A DNA stretch of 64,000 nt from Reclinomonas americana ATCC 50394 (lineage: Eukaryota): assembly GCA_048213135.1 (NCBI GenBank), contig PS015023.1, positions 112,314 through 176,313 of the forward strand. Reading direction: 5' to 3'. The notes beneath the pieces were generated by a model that saw only the letters and a program-made list of their open reading frames with translations, had not been told where the DNA came from and made no database searches. Both the position numbers and the translations under genes were made by a program. Below, piece by piece: positions 11,701 to 24,102 of the stretch; positions within the stretch are counted from its first letter, which is position 1; each line of letters begins with the position of its first letter.

Positions 11701-14700
11701 CCACCTGCAGTTGCAGCTTCCGGGCTTGATCTTGCGCCGCAGCGGCCTTCACATGCAGAGCAGCGCGTTGATCTTTTTGCTCCTGGAGCTCCTCGAACGC
11801 TGCGTCCAGCTGCGCACGAGCCTCCACCAGATCGCGGTTCAGCTGCTCGCCACGTCGCTTTGCTGCATCGCTCTCCGCTTCGCACAGCTTCACTTGCTCT
11901 TGCAGCTGTTGGGCATGCGCACGCAGTGCGTCCATTTCCTCGTCTCGCATCGACTGCAATGGTGGCGACAGCAAGTCAGGAAGCGTACTACCTCCAGGAG
12001 GAGCTGAGATGAAACACGACGCAACATCGCCCTCGATAATCTCCTCCTCCACTTCCCCATCGCCAGCGCCACTGCTGTTGACAGAGTCGCCCACCACGGA
12101 ACTCTGCACACCGACAATCAGTGAATCAAGTCGTCGAGATGCAAATGGAGGATGACGAACCGGCAGTGTCGGTGCCCAAGTTTCCGTGGCCTTGGTCTGC
12201 CACACAGTTAGCATCGTGCACACTGGGTGATATCGCATCAGGGACTCTCACCGGTGACTCCACCACGTGCGACTGCGAGGGTGGAGACGACCACAGTGCA
12301 CGGCGAGCGGCGGCCGGAGCAGCGGTGGACGATGGCGAAGACGATGAGCCTCCTCTTGCTGACGGCGCCGCATGTCGCAGCTCGCTTCGTAGCGACGCGG
12401 TCAGGGCGATAAGACGATCATTCTCTGCGCGCACTCGGTCCAACTCCTCGCTCGCGTCGTGTCCCAGCTGCGAGATTAGAAGGGGGATGAATGCAAAGTC
12501 GCCGTGTCTCTCTACAGTAAGGCACATGTACACACCGACTCGGACAAGTCGGCGGCAGCAAGTTTGTCGGCCCTTGCGCGCTGGTAGTCACGCTCAGTGT
12601 TCGCACTCTGTAGCTGCTCCGCCATGACCTCGTTGCTCTTGACGGCAGCCTCCAATTTCTGCGACACACACGCACACTCAAATAATGAGCATGGGAGTGG
12701 ATTGCTTGCAAATGCATGGCACCTTCTGCGCACCTGGTGCACTTCGGCGACATACTCATCCTGCACGGCCTTGAGCTTCTCCATGGAGGACGCAATCAAG
12801 TCGCGCTCCTCCACCGCTGACTGCAGACGAGAGTGCATCACGAGACGCTCCGCTCGCCAGTCGGAGCCCTCTTGCCACGTCTCGCGTTCCAACTCGGCTC
12901 GCTGCACCTGGTGCTCCAGTGAACGGATGGTCGCAGTGTGCTCCTGTGTGTACACACCCATACAGCGTCAGAGTTCTGCACCTTTAGAGGCCATCGGGAA
13001 AGACAAACAACGCACCGCCTGCCGATCCTCGTTGATGCGCACAATCTCGTCGACCTTGTCGCACAAGTCGTTCTGCTGCCGCTCCGCATCCTCCAACTCG
13101 CGCTGCAGATCGGCGTTTTGTGCGCGCAATGATGCGATGACCTGCATGGGAGCCATGAGAAAATGCACAAATCACGAGAGAGGTCGATGGCAAATGCGAG
13201 CGAACCTCTTCTGCGGCCACCAAGTCGCGCTTGGTGACAATCGAAGTGCGCCTGTACTCCTCACACTCACTCCGCAGTGCATCAGCCTCTTCCTGCAACG
13301 TGGAAGCCGTTTGTTCGACTGTGCGCAGGCGCGCAAGTTCAATCTCCAAGTCGCCCCGCACAGCCTCCAACTCGTCCTTGTCACGCTGTGGTGGTGCTCC
13401 CACAGTGAGAACGACGCACGATAGATTGTTAATACTCGCTCGACCCAACCTGCAGTCGAGTGTTCTCAAATGAGCGACGCGATGACTCCTCATGCGACTT
13501 GTCGGTGACGCGCTGCAGCGAGGTCGACAGTTCGGCATTGGTCTCGCGCAATTGCGTGTTCTCCGCCCGCAGAACAGCCAGCTTCTCGGTGGCCGACTGC
13601 GCCGCCTCCTGTTGCCGACGAAGCTGATCGGCGAGGCGCTCATTTTCCGACTTGAGCCGCGGCACGTCGGCTTCTGCCGAGCTCAGGTGCAGTTGCAGAT
13701 TGGCCAGCTGCGAGAACCAAAGTAAGAAATCGAACTCTCCTTTGTTGCCCTCCTTCTCCCACCCCTCCGCCACACCTGACTGGCCATCTCTGCCGTCTTT
13801 TGCGTGCGCTCCATCAGCGCATCGCGAGCTTGATCCAGTTCACCACACAATTCGTCCTCGCGCTCTGACACGGCGCGCAACTGCTCCGCCAGCTGCTCCA
13901 GTTGCTGCTGCTGCACGGCCGACTGACGGTGTGCCTTGTCGAGCTCACGACACGCTGGAAACACAAAGTGCATCCATGAGGACATGGCGTGATTGGAAGC
14001 ACCATTGATTCGCTCACCAGAAGCCCGCGAGTCCTCAATCGCATCGCTTGTCTCGCGCGCCGTCTCCAGATCGGCTTGCAGTTGGGCCGCACGACGCGCT
14101 GCATCCAGTGAGTCGTTGCGCACATTCTCCAGTTCCTGCGACTGCGCGCGCAGCTCGTCCATGGCCGCATCACGCTGCGCTTGCAGGTTGCGCTGGACAG
14201 CTTGCGACCTAGCGAGTTGCTCCTCGACACCAGCCAGAGTCTCGCGCAGAGCCGCCTCTTCGGCCTGCGCTTGTGCAAGTTCATGGGTGGCCTCGGCCAG
14301 CGCTCGTCGGTCGGCGTCTACACAATTGCACACATTGGCGGCGAGGATACGCAACATCTACACTTGTTGGGAGACTGCGCACCGTGTTGTTCCTGCTGCA
14401 TGGCCTGCGCCTGCTGCGCCACCTCCAGAGAACGGGTCAGCGACGACACTTGGGTGTTGGTTTGGAACGCATCGCGTCGCGCCTCGTCCAGCTCACTCTG
14501 CAGGTGCTCGACCTCCTTGGCACGCGCACCGCACTGCCAACACCATGCGGCTGAGAAGAGTATGTGAGAAAGAGCAGATTCAGTAACACACACATACCTC
14601 CCTGTCGAGACGCTCGGCAGCCGCACGCTGCGTGTTCAGTTCTTCCTCCAACGCCTGCAGTCGATCGGCGGCCAGTTGCAGATCGGCTTGCAGATCACCT

Positions 14701-17700
14701 TCGCGACGGCGCATGTCTTCGGCCTGTACATGCGACTTGAGCTCACAGAGTGAGATACGAACACACACAAAAAAAGTCACTGCAGCGCACCGCTTGAATG
14801 GCGGTACTGGCCTTCAACTTCCACTGCTCCACCGCCTCGTTGTTGACGGCGACGCTCTCCTCCAGACGCGCAATGGCAGACTCAAGGTCGCGACACCGTG
14901 CTTTCCACTGCGCCGTCTCTATCCCACATAATCGCAACATGAGATCATCACGGTCACAAGCGTGCACATTCCCCATCTAGGCGGCGTACCAGCTGCGCGG
15001 CGCTCCAACTCGCCAGCCGAAGTGTTCTTTGTGTGCTCCAGGGCACGCTCCAAACTCTCGCACTCCTCCTGCAGCTGCTGCTTGGCGCGCTCCGTTTCCT
15101 GCATCCTGCGTGGCGATTGTCAACCTTGAGCAGCAGTTGTTGTGATGAACGCACACAGTCACGCAACTTGGCGCACTCCTGCTGATACACCGTCTTCACG
15201 TCGCCCAATTCCGCCGCACGCTGCGCAGCCTCGTTTCGTGCACGGTCGCAGTCGCGTTGGAGAGCCTGTATCGGAGGGGATGAGAGAGTGGTGCGTGCCA
15301 CATTCCAACGCAAATGCATACCTGGTTGCGCGAGAGCACCATCTCCAATTGCTCATGCGCCTGCTGCAACTCGTCGTGCAACTGACCAATCTCCTGCTTG
15401 GCCACATCGCACACGGAGAGCAGCTTCGAGCGATCACTCTCTGCCTGCTCCAGCGACTGCTGCAACTCTTCCGCTCTCCTCGCCAGCCGCTCGTTGGCCG
15501 CGCGCAACTCTGTCGACGCGCTATGAGTGAGCTAACGAGCAAGAGAGAGGGAGGGCTCATGAAGACAAACCTCGAGAGTCGTCATCCGGTGCTCCGCGGC
15601 TGCGCGGCAAGTCGGCCACCGGGTGTGTACTGCTGAATACTTGCGAAGGTGGCGATGGAGTGGCCGACTTGGCCAGTGACGAGGTTCGCGGACCTCTCGA
15701 GCTTCCCATGTGGTCGTGCTCGGTGCTGACGGGCGAACCGCGAATCGACGACGACACTGATCGACGACGACTGCCACCCGGCGCAGTGTTGCCATTCGCC
15801 ACCGAGGCAAATGGTGGTCCTTGTGTCGCCTGATCGGTGGTCGTCGGCGCCGGGGAACTCTGCTCGTACAGGGGAGTGGTTCCGCCGGCGACACCCGACG
15901 AGAGCCGCGGCGGTGGGACTGCACGTGAGGGTGACGTACGCTGGGCCGTGCTGGTCGGCCGCAGGTCTGATCGGCCGACCGGAGTTGACAATGTGGAAGA
16001 TGACAGCGGCGGCTGTGTCACATGTAAGTAAGAGTGGCACACCAATCTCGGAGTCGGTCACATCACAAACCCGACTGCGTCCGAGTGCGGCAGACGAGCT
16101 CAAATCAGGTGCAGCGGCATCGGTCGCTTGCTGCTGTGGAAACAGTTCTCGCCGCACTTGGTCGGCCTCTGAGGGACCACCCGCAACACCGTTGGCGGTG
16201 CTAGAACGCGAGGAGGCGAGCTGTGAGAGGGCGCGGGGTGGTGACACGCGCTGTGGAGTTGGTCTGCGAGGAGGCACGGCGAGTGGTGGCGAGTATTGCA
16301 CCGGCGCTTGCAGAGGTTCGTCGTCTGGCTCATCGCCGTCGTGATCGCCAGCAGCTGTGCGCGCGAGGGGTGGTGAACGAGCGTGGAAGCTGCAGTGGTC
16401 GGCGAGGCTGCATCTTACCGAGTGTGGTCAGCAAGTTGAGACAGCGCGAAGCACGTTGTTTGATGTGCCGATCGTGGTGCTCGGTCAGATCACGCAGATG
16501 CCTCACTGTGCCGAGTCGCTGCAGTGCCGGTACCGAGTTGCCCTCTGTGCGTGTGCGTGAGTGTGGGAGAAAAGAGCGCCCTCTCTGCAGCGAGACGCTT
16601 ACCAGAACACAGATGCTCCAACAACACCAGCAGTCGGAACACGACACTGTCGGCGACACGCTGTGCGTCGGCGAGCGTGTTGACCACGTACGTGCGACAT
16701 GCTTTCGCAAAGTCCGCGTCTGTGTGACGAGAGTGAGGACAACTCGCTGCGGTGGTTTTCATGGATTCGAACACACAGACGATCCCAACCAGCTCGATAC
16801 ACCTCCAGAAGCGTGCGCAGCGCCGCACCAGAGACAGGATTCGTCGGCGTCGGTTCGGTCACGTGCGTGGCCAACCGGTCGACCAGGGCATCCACGCCAC
16901 CGAGCTCCAGCAGTTGCGACGACAGGACGCTGTGACCTGCATTCGCCAGAAGGTCAGTGAAAGAGACAACACACACACACACAGAGAAAGACAGGGCATT
17001 CGCACCGGCACACAAGTGGCGAATAGCAAACGCGGCGCTGACCACAATCGACGGCGACGGCGATCGCAGGTAAAACACCAAACTCTTCAACACGCCCAGA
17101 TCGCCAAAGGCCTCCCGCACAATGCTGCTCTCTGCAATCGCACAAAAAGTCAGTCGCCTCCTCCCTCACTCGTGCGCGAATCGATCCCGGGAAACCCGAC
17201 CAGAACACAGCGCGCCAATGACATACATGACCGCCTCCGAGGCCTCGTCGCTGATATTCGAGGCCAAGAAGAGCGCCAGCGTGTGCACCTGATGCCCACC
17301 CATCTGCTTGCTCATCTCTGCCAGAGCGCGCTCCCGCAGAAACGTGGCATCATCGCCCGCCTCCTCCAGATCATCATCAGTGGTCACTGCATGAATTAGT
17401 GAGAGTTGAACGGATGGAAAACTGCATCATGATTGATTGGAGAGAATGCAACTGTGTTTGACGACGAATCCAAGCGCGATTGTGGCCAGAACGCGAACAG
17501 CGCGATTGTGATCGGCAATGCAGAGGACTAATGGAGGAATGCCGTGCTCGCGACACAGATGCACTGCGGCTGAGGCGCGTTCTGTTGTTGTTTCGTTGGC
17601 GAAGTGAGCGCGCGAAAGTTGACATGAAAGAGTGTGTGAGAGAAGGCGAACCTTTGCATAGTGAGGCCAGCTGCTGCACGCTGTCTTGTGCACTGGATTC

Positions 17701-17751
17701 GGTGAGTTGCGCCGAGCGGAGCTCTTGCAACAGACGCGCGATCTCGCCCAT
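8795..17751 (-). CDS. Very large protein with N-terminal ARM/HEAT-like repeats, an S/P-rich linker and a long coiled coil (more than 20 introns)
   Basis: ARM-like exons at 17751-16420 (GIPPLV..., GVLKSLVFYLRS..AAFAIRHLC, GGVDALV). Phase-compatible junctions lead through the linker into heptad-rich E/Q/A/L exons ending at the stop at 8795. Not every junction was verified, so this could be two genes. Confidence 0.6.
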
Positions 17752-18268
17752 TCGTTATTTGCGATCAATGCTTGACGTGGGACGTGTCCCGTTTCTCGAT
17801 GTCTGCAACCGAATGGCGTGGTGCAGCAAGGAATGCGGGAAATGGTAGTGTGAAGAGTGGAGGTGTGGGTAGCGGAGGCGCGCTATGAAACGTGACGGAA
17901 GACATGAGTTCTCGTGTGTCCTGCGAGTTGCATTGATTTGTGGAGCGACTCGCATCCCTTGCACTTCTTTTCTTGTGTCGTCGATGCAGAATGCAATGTG
18001 AATGGGAGAGCGTGTGTGTATATTCATTGATCTTTTTGAATGTGTGACTTGAGTGTTGGGAATTTTATTTGAATTTCTCTCTCATCTCTTCACAATTCAC
18101 ACTCGCACAGCGTTTCCAGGTTGCCATCACAGATCAGTTTTCTCTTGCCGTCCGTAACGCAAGTATCCCTGTTCCTTGAACTGCGCTGCTTCTCACTCGA
18201 CGTCGTGGACAGTTCAATCGACGTCGTGCCACGTCACTGACTGTCCTTGTGTGTGATTGTGTTGGAGA

Positions 18269-20740
18269 ATGGAGGGCTACATCAAGTGCGGATCGATCGG
18301 TGAGTCACACGCACAGAGAGAGAGAGAGAGCACACCCACACACTTGCATTATATGTGTGTGTGCGTGGTGAGAGAGCGGAGGTGTCTGTGCGAGATGCCC
18401 ATGTTCTCCGACACTCACAGGTGCGCCCGTGGAGAACTTGTATGTGTCGCTGAAGGTACGCACAGAGGAGAGCAATGCGCGCTTTACACTGTGTGAGAGA
18501 GAGCATCGAGGGAGACTTATGACTGTGTGTGCGCAGGGCTTCAAGATCTATCTGTATCGCGAGCGCAACGCGACGCAGTACTTTGATGCAGTTGAGTGTG
18601 TGCTCGTGTTTGCGCATTTCACACACACCCACGCTCACTCTCTCACCACACACTCGCACACACAGGTGCTGCTCAAGGGCTTCCGAGTGTCGACGGGACG
18701 CACGGCGACTGAGTTCGACGTGGCCAATCCCATGACGGGTGTGGGGTACCAGTTGAGTGAGCGCACAAGAAAGACAGACTGAGGAAAGAAAGAGCGTGCG
18801 TGTGTGAGCGGGAGGGGGGCGGCGGAGAGAGAGAGAAGCAGACAGGAGCCATTGCCGCACTCGATGGAACCGCTCACACACGCGCACACACACACACGCG
18901 CACACACACACTCCGCGCGGAACAGGCTGTTAGAGAGGCTGCTGCACACTCGTACTTGGTGTCACACGCACGCGCACGGACAGAGAGCAAATGTGTGTGT
19001 GTGCGCGCGATGGTCATGCTCAACTCTCTCTCTCTTCCTTTTCGCAGCTTTGACGCATCGTCGGCCGACGAGCGGCAGCGATGGATTGATTCCATCATGG
19101 CGGTGCTGTCCATCATCTCCAAGATCCCCGACCGACCGGCGGCAGCAGGCGCGGCTGTGGCGGGCGGACAGATTTCGATACCACGCGACGCTCCGGCAGG
19201 TCCATCGGGCGCCGCCTCGCCGTCCTCCTCGCATGCGCTTCCGCCGGAGGCCGTGGGCAGTGGCGTGTTCTCACCACAACTCAACACGCTGGTGCTGCGC
19301 GATTACGATCACTTCTTCTCGTTTGAGTGCCCGGAGCACTGGGAGACCACGGTGGAGATGGCCGACGATGTGCAGGAGACGCACGATGCGTGCATTGTCA
19401 CGATGAAGGGTGCGTAGTGTCTCTGGCAATCGCTCTCTCTCTCTCTCTCTACTCCTTGCCCATCCACGGCTCACACCCTCTGGTGCTTCGTGGCGGTAGA
19501 CGAGCGTGAGATACCCGCGTTCTTCTTTGTCGACGCGATGGTGCAGGATGCCAGCGATCCGCAGGATGACTTCCCGCGCAGCATTGAGGCGCTGGTGGAG
19601 ATCTGCAACTCGATTGTGGATGAGGAGGGTGGGTCGGTGGCCAAGACGGCGCCAAGGCACGAGCAGGTTGGCGGTGTGCAGTTTACGCGCGTCGAGTACA
19701 CGGTGTCGGAGTTGCCGGACGAGGACGAGCAGAAGAAGCTGCAGTTCTGCTTCTGGTGTGGCTTCCGGTGAGTGGAGGAGTGCAGTCGCAGTGTGTACAG
19801 GAAGGGAGCTAAATGCCAGGCGAATGTGCACAGGGAGGGACGGGCATACCGCATTGGTTACAAGGCCGACAGCGAGGCGTACGAGACGCACTTGCGGGAG
19901 GCCGAAGCCATTCTCTCATCGTTTGCCTTTATCAACGATCCCCGCGCCTGGTCCAAGCCCGACGCACCCACACTCGAGACCGTGTCAAAGTATCGTTGCG
20001 TGGCGTAGTGCGGTCGCGGAATGCTTTTTTTGTTTTCTGTGTTTTCGCTGACGCGTATAAACAGGCCTGTCGGGAAGCGTGCGGTACATTAACCGGAACC
20101 AGGGTTTCACACTCATGGCGCCCACCAACTTTGGCAACTCCACATGGCGAACGTCATTTGTGGTGCGTTTCGATTTCCCTTTTTTTATCCTCCCCTGCAT
20201 TGTTGTTGACTCACCCTCTGCTCGTACAGGCACCACTTCTCGTCAGCTTCCACGTCATTGTGCCCGACACGGTGGATCCCGACGACCGATTGGTGATCGC
20301 CAACGTGCAGGTGTTGCGCGAGGACATTGGAGAGGCGGAGGATGCACAGTCGCCACTGTCGGATCCCGATGCGTACGCACAAACGTCACGAGACGGCATT
20401 CTGGCCCTCGGCAACGATAAGATTCAGGCGGAGGGACACGACATTGAACGATGCCGTGTGGGCCCGTACGACGCCCGCAAGTTCCTCACCGTGCTGCAGT
20501 ACTCGAACGAGAAGGGCGAGGTCACACGAGCACAATACCTGCTGACTTTTGTTGCGTCGCACGCAACCCACAAATGCGTGCACATGCACGCACATGCACT
20601 GAACTTCTGTTGGGATGCAGACTTTGATCCGCGGCGGATCGGCGTGGATTATCCAGTTCTCCAGCACCGAGAAGGAGGCAATGGACGACTACTTGCCGGT
20701 GGTGGCGAACTTTGTACTGCCATCTTTCCACTTGCTGTAA
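18269..20740 (+). CDS. PH domain plus two PsbP/Mog1/DcrB-like domains
   Basis: PH: MEGYIK..LYVSLKGFKIYLY..YHFDASSADERQRWIDSI. Two alpha/beta repeats follow, beginning FSFECPEHW and GFTLMAPTNF and ending AEAILSSFAF and VLPSFHLL*. Nine introns. Confidence 0.7.
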
Positions 20741-20753
20741 TCGTTGTCTGTCT

Positions 20754-20801
<48 letters not shown>

Positions 20802-21114
20802 GTGTTTCCCTCTCTATCTTTCCGTCTCCCTCCGGTGATTATGCCATCCACTTTCTCTCCTGCTTTTTCTCCTTGTTTCCATGCGACGGCGCGCCGGTGT
20901 GTCTGGTGCAATCGCCTCTCTCTCTCCCTCCACAATGTGTGTGTATGACTGATTGTTTTTTCCCTTGTGTTTCCGCACTGCCGTGTTTTTACTGCACGAC
21001 ATGCATGGCTTTTGAGAGGAGGAAATAGGGGAGAGCAGCTGCCAGTAAACTCGAGTGTCGTCGCTTGGTGTACTTCATTGTCCTGCTTTGTCATTGTCAT
21101 CTTTACAAAGGAGA

Positions 21115-21882
21115 ATGCGCTGGCTTGTGTCACTATCTGCTCGCCTCCCAACAACGCCTGTGCGATGGTTTGTCTCGCGCGCCAAGCTCAACCGACTCGC
21201 CGAGGAAGCAGCCGCACTGCGCGCTCTCACCGACAATCACCAGTCACCAATGCATGTCGACAACGAGGAGGCAGAGGCAGAGGAGGAGGATGCAAGCAGT
21301 GACTTTGCAGAGAGCGATGCTGCTGAGTGGAGTGAGGACACAGCACACGCGACAAGGGTCAGTGTGCACACACGCAAAGAGACAAGTCTCCTCTTGTCTC
21401 ATCCCTGTTACACAGGAGTCTCTGATCGCCGACAGTCAAGTCGATCGTGCACGCCTAATGTCACTCGTCAGGCGCGATGCTGTCACGGGAGCAGTGGTGG
21501 TTCTCGATGAGGAGGTCGCAGAGAGCTTCATTCGCGGGTCGGGTCGAGGCGGGCAAAAGATCAACAAGACCAACTCGTGTGTCGTTCTCAAGCACAAGCC
21601 GACGGGCCTGGTGGTGCGACACGTGCTCGTGTAACATCTCACGTGGAAGGAGTCTCATGGGCTGTTGTCGCGCAGGTCAAGTGTCAGGAGACGCGATCGC
21701 GACATGCAAACCGGCAGATCGCTCGGCGACGACTGGTGGAGACGCTGGATCAACTGGTTGAGGGTCCACTGTTCCAGCGCGATGAGGGCAAGCGTTTGGC
21801 ACGGGCGAAACAGAAGCGTCGGCGCATGCGACGATCGTCGTCGTCGGTCGCCGTCGATCAGCACGATGAGGACAAGGAGTAA
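21115..21882 (+). CDS. MTRFR: Mitochondrial peptide-release/rescue factor (C12orf65/MTRFR-like, GGQ)
   Basis: ESFIRGSGRGGQKINKTNSCVVLKHKPTGLV|VKCQETRSRHANRQIARRRL, a basic tail and an Arg-rich presequence-like N-terminus. Confidence 0.88.
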
Positions 21883-21956
21883 GCAGTACGTAGTAACAAT
21901 CTTGTTTATTGGTGTGTCTCTTTGTTTTTAGCCGTGCCTGCCCGAGGAGGCCGTGC

Positions 21957-22855
21957 TCAGTGCGATGTCCACTTGACCTGTGTGCGAGGAGATTGTGAGG
22001 GACACAGAACAAACAGGGTTGCCGACAGACAAAAAAACCGCACTCACCGACGTGAGGTCTATGCCCTGCTGCACCATCTCGTACAGCGGGCTCAGCTCGC
22101 GCAGCTTGGTGACGGCCTCGTAGCACAGCTCGATGGCGTGATCGACCTCTTGTTCGGTGGTGAAGCGACCAATGCCGATACGCAGCGAGGTGTGCGCCAA
22201 GTCCTCCTGCGCGGTGTTTGTGATGAGAACACAGCCACTGCCTCTCTTTTTGTGTTCCACTCTCACCTTGACGCCCAGCGCTCTCAACACGTACGACGGC
22301 TCCAGCGACGCCGAAGTGCACGCGCTGCCCGACGACACCGCGATGCTGTTCAACGCCATCAGCAAGCTCTCGCCCTCCACGTACGGGAAGGAGACATTGA
22401 GGTTGCCGTGGTAGCGCGACTCCAGATCGCCGTTGAGCACAATGTCGGGAATGCGCTTGCGCAGGCCGTCCATCAAACGCTTCGACAGGCGAAGTACGTA
22501 CGCCATGTCGCGCGGCAATTCCTCCCTGGCGACGCGGCACGCCTCGCCGAAACCCACGCAGAGAGGAGTCGGGAGCGTTCCGGAGCGCATGCCTGCACAA
22601 AAACTCCGATTAGCAACGAGGAACGAGCAGCGTGGAGGGATAGTACGCACCGCGCTCCTGCCCGCCACCAGAGATGATTGCTTCGAGACGAACACGACGC
22701 GGCTTTCGTCGCAAGTAGAGCGCCCCGATGCCCTTTGGTCCGTACAGCTTGTGGCCCGAGATCGACATGAGATCCACACCCAACTCGTCGACATTCACCG
22801 GCACCTGCACGCCCACTGTCAGTCGTCCGCAAATTTGGCGGGTGAGCTGCCTCTG

Positions 22856-22912
<57 letters not shown>

Positions 22913-24014
22913 ACACACACACACCTTGCCCACAGCCTGCGCCGCATCCGTGTGCAAGAAGACATCGTGGCGCCGGCACACGTCACTGATGGCCTTGATA
23001 GGCTGCAGCACACCAATCTCATTGTTGACCATCATCACCGACACCAGCAGCGTCTGGCCGGGACGAATGGCGGCCTCCAGCTCCTGCAAATCAACCAATC
23101 CGTTCGGCTTCACCGGCAAGTACGTAATCTCCGCACCCTCCAAGTTGAGCTGTCGGCACGAGTCAAGCACACACTTGTGCTCCTGCGCACAGAGGTGAGG
23201 CCCTTCAGAAACAAAGACGCAGCACTGGCAATGACTCCACGCTCGCACCGTCTGCGTGGTAATAATGTGATTCTTCTTCTTGTGATAGAAGCGCCAGAGG
23301 CCCTTGATGGCCAGGTTGTTGGACTCGGTGGCACCCGACGTGAAGACCACCTCCTTTGCGTTGGCGCCAATCAACTCCGCCACATGCTACACTCACACAC
23401 ACAGACGAAGTGCGTCAGCACCACCATCGGAGTTTTCTGCGCGGTACATGCGACAACACAAAGGAAGACCTGTCGTGCAGTCTCCACTGCCTCCTCTGAC
23501 TCGAAGCCATACATGTGACTGCGTGAGTGCGGGTTCCCGTACAGCTCAGTGTAGTATGGAAGCATGGCGTCGAGCACGCGAGGATCCACAGGAGTGGTCG
23601 CCTGCACACCAATCCAACATTGACTCTCAGTCTCTCTCTCTTCTCACACTCTTGCACGCGCGTTGGGTATTACCTGCAAGTCGAGGTACACTGTGCGACT
23701 GGAGGGTCGCGTCACTCCACTGTCATCTGTGTGCAAGTGTGAGTGAGTGCATCAGTGTGTGTGTGTGACTGACGCACTCACACGCATGCATGCACGCACC
23801 AGTGTCAGGCTCTTCGTTGCTTGCATGTGTCGTCGCTGAGGAGGCAGTGGCGGAGAAGGAGCGCACACTCGCACGCACGAGCGACAGTCTGAGATGGCCA
23901 TAGAGGCGAGTGTGTGAGCGGAAAGAAGAGTGCACAGAGAGTGAGGGACGTGTGAGTGAGAGCAACGGTTAACGCTCACCGAGGTAGGTGGGGCAACCAC
24001 CGCTGCAACAACAT
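21957..24014 (-). CDS. NFS1: Mitochondrial cysteine desulfurase
   Basis: [53 protein letters not shown] and [17 protein letters not shown]. Ends VKWTSH*. Nine GT-AG introns and a presequence. Confidence 0.97.
22861..22924. repeat. (CA)n microsatellite in an NFS1 intron; similar CA/GT and CT/GA tracts occur in many introns
   Basis: About 30 nearly perfect CA units. Other tracts at ~20755-20805, 30925-30960, 52230-52275 and 52455-52490. Confidence 0.95.
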
Positions 24015-24102
24015 TGAGGAGAAACGAAACGCGAGCTTGGTGTCGCGAACAGGCGGTGGGACAGGCCTAATGCATGCAAAGAAACCACCTCTACCTCCGT
24101 CT

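Noticed and set aside
22433-23518. 361-aa plus-strand ORF and similar long ORFs (43870-44997, 62660-63601, 6414-7526)
   Set aside because: Antisense shadows of real genes in GC-rich DNA, with no motifs.
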